This document shows positions 23,952 to 31,339 of a DNA stretch of 32,000 bases, one piece after another. The DNA is taken from contig NC_010628.1 of assembly GCF_000020025.1 (NCBI RefSeq), forward strand, positions 6,180,001-6,212,000, written 5' to 3'. Positions within the stretch are counted from its first letter, which is position 1; every line of letters begins with the position of its first letter. A model generated the notes under the pieces. It made no database searches. It was not told the origin of the DNA and saw nothing but the letters and a program-made list of their open reading frames with translations. The DNA comes from Nostoc punctiforme PCC 73102 (lineage in GTDB: Bacteria > Cyanobacteriota > Cyanobacteriia > Cyanobacteriales > Nostocaceae). Made by a program: the position numbers and the translations under genes.

Positions 23952-26330
23952 GTGAAACAGGTTCACGGTAATAGTTTTATATTAGGTACTGCCGCTTTTA
24001 TCTTTTTGGCGGCTCAACCAGTTTGGGCACAAATTAGTCAAGTTACTAATGTCCAGTTAAATCCAGTTAATGGTGGAATTAGTGTTGCTTTGAAAACTTC
24101 TTCAGGCTCGCGCCCCCAAGTTTTCACGACAAAAAGAGGTAAGGCTTTAGTCGCAGATATTATCAATACTCAATTACGATTACCACAAGGTAATAGTTTT
24201 CGTCAAGATAGCCCAGCACCAGGAATTGCATCTGTCGAGGTTAACCAGCTTGATGCCAACAGCATTCGGGTAACGGTAACTGGCAGCAGCAACGTACCTA
24301 GCAGTCAACCCGTGGTGCGATCGCAAAATGGAATTACACTCAGCTTTAGCCCATCGGCAGGCACTATAGCATCAGCACCAACGCCAACAGCACCAACAGC
24401 GCCAACACCCACAGCACCGCCTGCTACAACCCCAGCTCAACCTGGTCAAAATTCAGGTGTTCTCGTTCCTAACCCGCAAATCACGATTGACGGAAAACCT
24501 GCACAAGCTGCTGGGCCCGGTCAACCTCTAAGCCAGGCTCCGCCTTTCTTACCCAGAGCCGTTGCCCCACCGGTAGGAGATATTGCTATTTCCGCCACTG
24601 ATGCTTCTCCTAGCACCATTGACTTAGGAACTCAGGAACGTGTACCCCGTTTAGTATTGCGAGATGCGCCGGTGCGTGAGGTTTTGTCACTGCTTGCTCG
24701 TGCTGCTAATTTGAACCTGGCTTATATCGGAGGCGAGCAAGGTGCTGCTGCAGCAGCTAATTCACCAGCAAGCTCTCAAACCATCTCTTTAGATATAGAA
24801 AACGAACCAGTGCAAGATGTGTTTAACTACGTCTTGCGCTTGAGTGGTTTAGAAGCTAACCGCAGTAATCGCACAGTTTTTGTGGGGCCTAAACTACCTA
24901 ATGCGACTCGTGACATGGTTATGCGTAGCCTGCGACTCAATCAGGTAACGGTGGGAGTCGCCCTGAATTTTTTGGTTGGCTTAGGTGCAGAAAGTGCCGT
25001 CAGCCGAGAACGACAAGTTACCAGTGTTAATGCTGTGCCCGTGGGTACTGGAGTTGCTCCTATCACCCAAACTCAGACGACTACAGAAACTAAAGTTGAA
25101 ACTCAACGCGTTGATTTCAAAGATTCTAACCCTTTACTGAGAGGTCTACAGGCATTAGGAGACGAGCGCACCAATTCCCTGACCTTAATTGGCCCTCCTC
25201 GGCTAGTTGAGATGGCGATGGCTCAACTAACTCAACTTGATATCCGCCGTCGTCAAGTAGTAGTCAACGTCAAGATTATCGATGTCAACCTCTTGAACAC
25301 CCAGGATTACAACACTAGCTTTTCTTTTGGGGTTGGTAACAACTACTTCACTAATGATGGTGGTGCAGCATCTCTGAATTTTGGTGGTTCGAGACCAGCT
25401 ACAAGAGCTGAAGCATCAACCAGTGTGACTAGTACACCTACAACAGCTAATCCACTTCAAAGCTCAAATGTTTTTATAGACCCAAATACAGGAACAGCTA
25501 CCGCTGGCACAAACTCTAATCCCCTACAACCAGGTATTACAGCATTTACGCCAGGAACAAGTACAACTTCAATTGTCCCAACAGCGATTGATCCTGTTAC
25601 TGGTACACCGACTCAGTTTCAGCAGCAAACCACGACAACCCCTTCAACAAGCACATTCGCCTTGCCCACCATATTCCAGTTCCCTAAACGTCTTCTTGCT
25701 AGCTTGCAGGCTCAAGTGCAAAATGGCAACGCCAAGATTTTGACAGACCCGACCTTAATTGTCCAAGAAGGTCAAACCGCTAATGTCAATTTGACTCAGG
25801 AAGTGGTAGGCAATATTAAAAGGGAAATCGTTCGCGATTCAAACCTTGCCACAGAAACGATTTCAGCTGAAAAAGACCGAGTAGGTTTAACGTTAGCTGT
25901 CAAAGTTGAACGGATTGATGACAATGGTTTTGTCTCTCTATCAGTAGCTCCCGTTGTCAAGGCACCCCAAGCTCCAGCTACCATCAACGTTGGAGGAGGC
26001 GGTAGCCAACAAATATTCTTGGTATCTGAGCGCTCTCTTAATTCTGGCTCGATTCGCTTGAGAGATGGTCAGACACTAATTCTCTCAGGGATTATTCAAG
26101 ATTCAGACCGGACAACTGTCTCTAAGATCCCTATCTTAGGTGATCTTCCACTAATTGGTTCGCTGTTTAGAAGTACAAATAGATCCAACCAGCGCAACGA
26201 GGTGATTGTGTTGCTCACACCTCAAATTATGGATGACACAGAGAACTCCTCCTATGGCTATAACTACACTCCCAGCCCAGAAGTTAGGCAAATCCTTGAG
26301 CGTCGGGGGTTGAAGGTTCCTGGCAGGTAA
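23952..26330 (+). CDS. pilQ: Type IV pilus secretin PilQ (AMIN domain, Pro/Thr linker, N-domains, secretin domain)
   Basis: A 792-aa ORF with a GTG start after AGGTGAGGA and a signal peptide (AAFIFLAAQPVWA). It has an AMIN-like N-terminal domain and a secretin C-terminal core (NAKILTDPTLIVQEGQTANV ... LILSGIIQD ... KIPILGDLPLIGSLFR ... EVIVLLTPQI). Confidence 0.92.
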   Translation: MKQVHGNSFILGTAAFIFLAAQPVWAQISQVTNVQLNPVNGGISVALKTSSGSRPQVFTTKRGKALVADIINTQLRLPQGNSFRQDSPAPGIASVEVNQLDANSIRVTVTGSSNVPSSQPVVRSQNGITLSFSPSAGTIASAPTPTAPTAPTPTAPPATTPAQPGQNSGVLVPNPQITIDGKPAQAAGPGQPLSQAPPFLPRAVAPPVGDIAISATDASPSTIDLGTQERVPRLVLRDAPVREVLSLLARAANLNLAYIGGEQGAAAAANSPASSQTISLDIENEPVQDVFNYVLRLSGLEANRSNRTVFVGPKLPNATRDMVMRSLRLNQVTVGVALNFLVGLGAESAVSRERQVTSVNAVPVGTGVAPITQTQTTTETKVETQRVDFKDSNPLLRGLQALGDERTNSLTLIGPPRLVEMAMAQLTQLDIRRRQVVVNVKIIDVNLLNTQDYNTSFSFGVGNNYFTNDGGAASLNFGGSRPATRAEASTSVTSTPTTANPLQSSNVFIDPNTGTATAGTNSNPLQPGITAFTPGTSTTSIVPTAIDPVTGTPTQFQQQTTTTPSTSTFALPTIFQFPKRLLASLQAQVQNGNAKILTDPTLIVQEGQTANVNLTQEVVGNIKREIVRDSNLATETISAEKDRVGLTLAVKVERIDDNGFVSLSVAPVVKAPQAPATINVGGGGSQQIFLVSERSLNSGSIRLRDGQTLILSGIIQDSDRTTVSKIPILGDLPLIGSLFRSTNRSNQRNEVIVLLTPQIMDDTENSSYGYNYTPSPEVRQILERRGLKVPGR

Positions 26331-26405
26331 TAAAGATAATGAATAGGTGAGTCACCTCTGTCTCAAATCCTGGCACTTCTCCCTGCCTTGAACTAAAGTT
26401 CAACT

Positions 26406-26438
26406 CTGTCCCTTTCCGACTCGGAGAGGGACAATTTT
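26406..26438 (+). terminator. Rho-independent terminator of the pil operon
   Basis: GTCCCTTTCCG (26408-26418), loop ACT, CGGAGAGGGAC (to 26432). This gives 10 of 11 pairs, followed by AATTTT. Confidence 0.65.
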
Positions 26439-27248
26439 ACGTAGTAAAACTTCTCAGGGGTCTTTTGATTAGGCTAATTAGACAGACGCTATATAAAGCG
26501 TTGAATTCACGTTAAACAGAAAAAACAATAATTAAAAAAACTGGCATTTTTTATGCTTAAAACAGCAAGTGAGGTTGTGGCTATGTTGGTAGACCTCCAG
26601 CTTGAAAAATCTGTTCGGCTATTAAATTCAATTCCGGAAAAGTAGGCTAGATGATGCGATCGCTAACACAAATGTTAAGAAAGATGTAACTAATGGATAG
26701 CCTTGTAGGGAAGACGCTTTAATTTTTCCCCCTTCCCTACTAAAAAAGCTTGCTAGGGGGTTAAATTTCGTGTTGGATTTTTCAGATGATATGAAAAGTA
26801 AGCAAAATACCCGAGTTTTTAGAGAAATCAGGAACCTGAGCCTTCGATTTCCATAAAAATTGCTTAATCTCAGCAATAACTCTTCAACATCGGTAATTAA
26901 TCCCAACAAATCCTCACCATCTCCCACCTCCCCACTCCCCTGTTTTCTTGGCGATTGCGGTATTTACTAAGTATTTTTTCCTACTTTTGCGGTGGTTTTT
27001 AGCGAAACAAGTACCCTAAAACTACAAAAAATCCTGAAATCTATATAAATTAATGGTTTCATCTATCCACATCAGGCTACTACGCTTTAGAATGATTCAT
27101 TGAAAAGTCGAGCCGATGGGATGTACAGCCGTTTTGAGTAAACATACTCCCAAAGGATGATTTTTGTATTCCCGCTAACAAAGATTTCAGTACAGGTGTA
27201 CCAGGGTGCATCCGTAAAGAATCTTAAGTAAACCTTCAGGAGTTTGAC

Positions 27249-27533
27249 ATGAACAAAGGTGAATTAGTTGATGCCGTAGCTGAAAAGGCTAGTGTTACCA
27301 AGAAACAAGCGGATGCAGTCTTAACTGCCGCTTTGGAAACGATTATTGAAGCGGTTTCCTCTGGTGATAAGGTGACATTGGTGGGATTTGGCTCATTTGA
27401 ATCACGCGAACGTAAAGCCCGCGAAGGTCGCAACCCGAAAACAAATGAGAAAATGGAAATTCCCGCAACGAGAGTTCCTGCTTTCTCCGCAGGCAAACTG
27501 TTTAGAGAAAAGGTAGCACCCCCAAAAGCATAG
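27249..27533 (+). CDS. hup: HU family nucleoid-associated DNA-binding protein
   Basis: A 94-aa ORF: MNKGELVDAVAEKASVTKKQADAVL...GFGSFESRERKAREGRNPKTNEKMEIPATRVPAFSAGK. This is a canonical HU/IHF fold sequence. AGGAG lies 7 nt upstream of the ATG. Confidence 0.95.
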   Translation: MNKGELVDAVAEKASVTKKQADAVLTAALETIIEAVSSGDKVTLVGFGSFESRERKAREGRNPKTNEKMEIPATRVPAFSAGKLFREKVAPPKA

Positions 27534-27558
27534 GTTCTGTCTTCGGGAACCCTTTTTT
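27533..27558 (+). terminator. Weak hairpin plus T6 between hup and cobD (possible partial terminator)
   Basis: GGTTC (27533-27537) pairs with GAACC (27547-27551), followed by CTTTTTT. The stem is only 5-6 bp. The cobD ATG follows 2 nt after the T run. Confidence 0.35.
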
Positions 27559-27559
27559 A

Positions 27560-28630
27560 ATGCGGCAACCTGCACACGGGGGGAATTTAGCCTGGGCAGC
27601 AGCACTGGCTGGCTGTCCCCCTGATGCTATTCTGGATTTTTCTGCTAGCATCAGCCCGTTGGGGCCTCCAAACAGCGCGATCGCTGCTATACTGTCCCAA
27701 CTTGGTAATCTTAAGCACTATCCAGATCCAAACTATAGTGAACTGAGACTAGCTCTCAGTCACTTCCATCAACTGCCTCCTGAGTGGATTCTGCCGGGTA
27801 ACGGCTCCGCAGAATTACTCACTTTAATAGGTAGGGAATTGGCTCAATTAGCCGCGACAACTTTAATCACTCCAGCCTTTGGTGACTATTACCGAACCTT
27901 GGCAGCGTATAACGCTAATGTGCTGGAGTGTCCTTTGTCATTAGTCACTGGTCATTGGTCATTATTCCTTGACAAAGGGCAGAAGACAAAGGACAAAGGA
28001 CTATTGTTGAATAATCCCCACAACCCAACCGGAAAGATATTTTCACGGGACTCTATTTTGCCCTACCTAGAGCAATTTGCTTTGGTTGTGGTGGATGAAG
28101 CATTTATGGATTTTGTACCGCCTAATGAGGAACAAAGCCTAATTCCGGTGGTGCAGGAATATACAAATTTAGTAATATTGCGATCGCTAACCAAATTTTA
28201 CAGTCTCCCAGGATTGCGATTAGGATATGCGATCGCACACCCCGACTGCCTAGCCAAATGGCAGCTATGGCGTGACCCTTGGCCCGTAAACACCCTAGCG
28301 GCGGCAGCGGCAATTGCAGCCCTCCAGGATGCAGAGTTTCAGCAGCAAACCTGGGCATGGCTACCACCTGCACGAAACCAACTCTTTCAAAGTTTGGCTG
28401 AAATACCGGGATTGCAACCCCAAGTAAGTGCTGCTAACTTTTTACTGGTTGAGTCTCAAGAGTCGACTTCGCAGTTACAGCACCAATTACTCAAGTATCA
28501 CCAGATTTTAATCCGTGATTGCCTTAGTTTTAAAGAATTAGGCGATCGCTTTTTCCGGGTTGCTGTACGTGAAGAGTCCGATAACCAACGCTTACTAACA
28601 GCGCTAAACTCAGTGTTGAGTGGGAAGTAG
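27560..28630 (+). CDS. cobD: L-threonine-O-3-phosphate decarboxylase (CobD-type class I/II aminotransferase fold, cobalamin biosynthesis)
   Basis: A 356-aa ORF with the N-terminal HGGNL motif, NNPHNPTG, and the PLP-lysine context RSLTKFYSLPGLRLGY. Confidence 0.85.
   Translation: MRQPAHGGNLAWAAALAGCPPDAILDFSASISPLGPPNSAIAAILSQLGNLKHYPDPNYSELRLALSHFHQLPPEWILPGNGSAELLTLIGRELAQLAATTLITPAFGDYYRTLAAYNANVLECPLSLVTGHWSLFLDKGQKTKDKGLLLNNPHNPTGKIFSRDSILPYLEQFALVVVDEAFMDFVPPNEEQSLIPVVQEYTNLVILRSLTKFYSLPGLRLGYAIAHPDCLAKWQLWRDPWPVNTLAAAAAIAALQDAEFQQQTWAWLPPARNQLFQSLAEIPGLQPQVSAANFLLVESQESTSQLQHQLLKYHQILIRDCLSFKELGDRFFRVAVREESDNQRLLTALNSVLSGK
27932..27999. repeat. Heptamer hairpin element (GTCATTG / GACAAAG family) inside the cobD reading frame
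   Basis: CCTTTGT CATTAGT CACTGGT CATTGGT CATTATT CCTTGAC AAAGGGC AGAAGAC AAAGGAC AAAGGA. It is the reverse-orientation counterpart of the intergenic element at 4811-4899. Translated as PLSLVTGHWSLFLDKGQKTKDKG. Confidence 0.75.
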
Positions 28631-28756
28631 GGGAGGCAGGGGGAGCAGGGGAGCAGGGAGAAAGGGAGGCAGGGGAAGAAGGACTATTGATTATTACCCA
28701 ATTCCCAATTCCCAATTCCCCATGCCCCATGCCAAATGACAAATGACAAATGACAA
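28631..28756. repeat. Composite intercistronic repeat module (G-rich heptamers, GAAGAAGGACTATTGATT, C-rich heptamers, AAATGAC heptamers)
   Basis: It starts the base after the cobD stop and ends at the next gene's ATG. A shorter reverse-complement copy lies at 31273-31339. Confidence 0.8.
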
Positions 28757-30211
28757 ATGACAATTGACTACGATGTTGTAATTATTGGCGGCAGTCTTGC
28801 TGGATACTACGCTGCTCTTGCTGCAACCCAACTACGTGCTACGGTTGCCTTGGTGGAACCTAAAGTAGACTATGGGTTTACTCATCACCATGCTCTTACC
28901 GAAATCGGTAAACTGGCGCAGAAGTTGAATGATGCCGCTAGTTTTGGTATTCATGCCACAAAGACTGATATTTCAGAAGACTGCCACATATCTATGGCAT
29001 GGCAAGAAGCGATGCTGTATGCTCAATGCGTCGCCGCAAATCTCAAAGAACAGCATTCTCCCGCCATCCTAGCCGCGCTGGGGGTAGATGTGATTGTTGG
29101 CAGTGGTCAATTTCAATCTTCGCCCCAACTGGCTTTTGCCGTTAACAATCGCCTACTACACGCCCGTACTTATTTACTAGCCAGTGGTTCGCGTCCAGAA
29201 ATTCCAGAGATTGAGGGATTGCAAAGCACTGGCTATCTAACTCTTTCTAATATTTGGCAATCTTTACAGGGAGAAACATTACCCAAAAATTGGGTAATTA
29301 TCGGTGGAATTCCTCAAAGCATCGAAATCGCTCAAACTTTAGCGCGGTTTGGTTGCAGTGTGACGCTAGTAGTCAAGCATCCTTATGCTCTCTCCCATAT
29401 TGACCATGAAATAGCCATATTGCTTCAAGCACAGTTGGAAGTCGAAGGTGTGCGCGTCCTCACCGATAAACAGGTAACTCAGGTGAGGCTAATTGAGGCT
29501 AAAAAGTGGATTCAAGCAGGAGATAAAGCCATTGAAACTGATGAAATTTTAGTGGCGACTGGACAACAGCCGAATATTGAATCCCTAAATTTGGCAATGG
29601 TAGGCGTGAAATGGCATCGGCGTAGTTTAGTAGTTAATGATAAACTACAAACCACTAACCACCGCATTTACGCTTGTGGTGATGTAATTGGTGGTTACGA
29701 CTTTGCCAATATCGCTAATTATGAAGCAAAAATTGCCTTAAACAATGCACTCTTTTTCCCTAGATTACGAGTAAATTATCGCTCCATTCCTTGGGCAATG
29801 TTTTCTGTGCCGATGGTGGCGCAAGTGGGTTTGACAGAGGCACAGGCAAAACGTCTATTTAGTCGAGATGAAGTTTTAGTTTTGCGTCAATATTTTAAAA
29901 CAGTGGCAGCAGCGCAACTTCGGGACGAAACCACTGGTATGTGTAAATTAATTGTGCTACATAATGGCGAAATTTTGGGAGCTTCGATATTAGGGGCAGA
30001 AGCTGGAGAATTGATTAATTTGATTGCCTTAGCAATGTCCCAAAAAATTAAAGTCAAAGATTTAGCAAATCTATCTCCTGTCTATCCCAGTTTCTCAGAA
30101 ATTTTGGAACAAGCTGCAAGAGAATGGAGTAAACAGAAGTTAAATAGCGATATTGCTTGGCAAGAGTTTTTAGAAGGTTTCTTCCATTTCCGCCGCAATT
30201 GGAATTTATGA
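28757..30211 (+). CDS. FAD-dependent pyridine nucleotide-disulfide oxidoreductase homologue (class I flavoprotein disulfide reductase fold) lacking the redox-active Cys pair
   Basis: A 484-aa ORF with the N-terminal FAD motif [15 protein letters not shown], central ATG..P and CGDV motifs, and a C-terminal dimerisation domain. There is no CxxxxC after the FAD motif. The second dinucleotide motif reads GGIPQS. The C-terminal His-Pro-x-x-x-Glu position reads VYPSFSE. Confidence 0.85.
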   Translation: MTIDYDVVIIGGSLAGYYAALAATQLRATVALVEPKVDYGFTHHHALTEIGKLAQKLNDAASFGIHATKTDISEDCHISMAWQEAMLYAQCVAANLKEQHSPAILAALGVDVIVGSGQFQSSPQLAFAVNNRLLHARTYLLASGSRPEIPEIEGLQSTGYLTLSNIWQSLQGETLPKNWVIIGGIPQSIEIAQTLARFGCSVTLVVKHPYALSHIDHEIAILLQAQLEVEGVRVLTDKQVTQVRLIEAKKWIQAGDKAIETDEILVATGQQPNIESLNLAMVGVKWHRRSLVVNDKLQTTNHRIYACGDVIGGYDFANIANYEAKIALNNALFFPRLRVNYRSIPWAMFSVPMVAQVGLTEAQAKRLFSRDEVLVLRQYFKTVAAAQLRDETTGMCKLIVLHNGEILGASILGAEAGELINLIALAMSQKIKVKDLANLSPVYPSFSEILEQAAREWSKQKLNSDIAWQEFLEGFFHFRRNWNL

Positions 30212-30259
30212 GTACAAAGTGGCGCTGTCAAGGTGAGTTTTGTATTCATTACTAGCTCT

Positions 30260-30542
30260 GAACTCAGAAGTTGAGCCTCTGAACTCGGAAGTTGAGCCTT
30301 TGAACTCGGAAGTTGCACCTCTGAACTCGGAAGTTGAGCCTTTGAACTCGGAAGTTGCACCTCTGAACTCGGAAGTTGAGCCTTTGAACTCGGAAGTTGC
30401 ACCTCTGAACTCGGAAGTTGCACCTCTGAACTCGGAAGTTGAGCCTTTGAACTCGGAAGTTGAGCCTTTGAACTCGGAAGTTGCACCTTTGAACTCGGAA
30501 GTTGCACCTTTAGACTCGGAAGTTGCACCTTTAGACTCGGAA
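30260..30542. repeat. 21-bp tandem repeat array, about 13.5 copies (consensus GAACTCGGAAGTTGMRCCTYT)
   Basis: Units start at 30260 + 21n. Two unit types alternate (..TTGAGCCTTT and ..TTGCACCTCT), giving a 42-bp higher-order period over units 2-7. The last units begin AGACTC. The array occupies most of the 341-bp gap between convergent genes. Confidence 0.95.
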
Positions 30543-30552
30543 TTTTGAAATT

Positions 30553-31272
30553 CTAAAAGAACAAGTGAAGATTTTGTTTTATTACCCACACTACGCCAGC
30601 CGTGACTAAAGGCACACTGAGGTTATCTGTGCCGTGGGGTGAGACTGCCTCTGCTAAGGTGGCGAAAGTAGCAGCTACCACCGCCGTCAACAATGCCAAC
30701 CCAAAACTTAGAGGCGTTCCTAGGGGACTCAGTGATGAACCAGGTAGCAGCAACAGCACTAAGAAAATCACTACCGTACTCGCCACAAACATTGCTGCCG
30801 AACCTTCCCAGGAACGCACTGAATTTCCTACTTGGTATTTATGCTGCCCGAAGCGTCTACCGATTAATGCTGCTAGTGCATCACCCCAGGTCATCGCCAT
30901 TATCCCAGCAACAGCGATCGCAACGCTATCTACTGGCCCGTCTGGTCGCCACAGTAGCCCGAAAAGCAATGTCACTGAGATAGCGAAATAAACTGTACCA
31001 GGTGAGCTATCCTGAGTATCCATTGCGCCGATGAATCGGTAGCGGTAGAACAGGTAGTTAAGTCCTATAAAGGTGGCAAAAGGTATAATTCCGATTTCCC
31101 AGCGATTAAACAATAGCAGGACACCGAAAACCCACATCCCTGCACCAATATGGATCGCTTTGCGGGTCAAATCCGGCTTTACACCAAACAGCCTACGCAG
31201 TCCCTCGCCAATCACAAGTAAACTAATCGCGTAAATATAAGAAATTGCTAGCCCGATAAAGTCATTTGTCAT
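30553..31272 (-). CDS. Phytol kinase-like polytopic membrane protein (CTP-dependent polyprenol/phytol kinase, VTE5/dolichol-kinase superfamily)
   Basis: A 239-aa ORF with multiple TM helices and conserved blocks: TRKAIHIGAG, GTVYFAISV, WGDALAALIGRRFG, SWEGSAAMF, EAVSPHGTDNLSVPL. Confidence 0.8.
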   Translation of the reverse strand: MTNDFIGLAISYIYAISLLVIGEGLRRLFGVKPDLTRKAIHIGAGMWVFGVLLLFNRWEIGIIPFATFIGLNYLFYRYRFIGAMDTQDSSPGTVYFAISVTLLFGLLWRPDGPVDSVAIAVAGIMAMTWGDALAALIGRRFGQHKYQVGNSVRSWEGSAAMFVASTVVIFLVLLLLPGSSLSPLGTPLSFGLALLTAVVAATFATLAEAVSPHGTDNLSVPLVTAGVVWVIKQNLHLFF

Positions 31273-31339
31273 TTGTCATGGCTCAAGAATCAATAGTTCT
31301 TCTTCCTCTGCTCCCCTGCCTCCCCTGCCCCCTGCTCCC
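31273..31339. repeat. Reverse-complement copy of the composite intercistronic module seen at 28631-28756
   Basis: The reverse complement reads GGGAGCAGGGGGCAGGGGAGGCAGGGGAGCAGAG-GAAGAAGAACTATTGATT-CTTGAGCC-ATGACAA. It fills the whole spacer between the upstream gene's stop (31340-31342) and the phytol-kinase-like gene's start (31272). Confidence 0.8.

Noticed and set aside
26628-26927. 99-aa minus-strand ORF in the pilQ-hup gap
   Set aside because: The translation is low-complexity and odd in composition. It spans a dispersed hairpin repeat, has no RBS-like sequence, and has no recognisable motif.
30260-30542. Possible CRISPR array
   Set aside because: The units are directly abutting, with no unique spacers between them. 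The repeat is shorter than typical CRISPR repeats, and there are no cas genes in the window.
30082-30589. Three overlapping ORFs (30082..30528 minus, 30206..30589 minus, 30240..30548 plus) encoding heptapeptide repeats
   Set aside because: All three are generated by the same stop-free 21-bp repeat and overlap one another on both strands. None has a recognisable RBS or a non-repeat domain, and one runs into the 3' end of the neighbouring gene. I treat them as repeat artefacts until peptide evidence exists.
30602-30991. Plus-strand ORFs 30602..30991 and 30693..30983 antisense to the phytol-kinase-like gene
   Set aside because: They lie opposite a polytopic membrane protein gene with conserved kinase-family blocks. 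The translations lack any motif.
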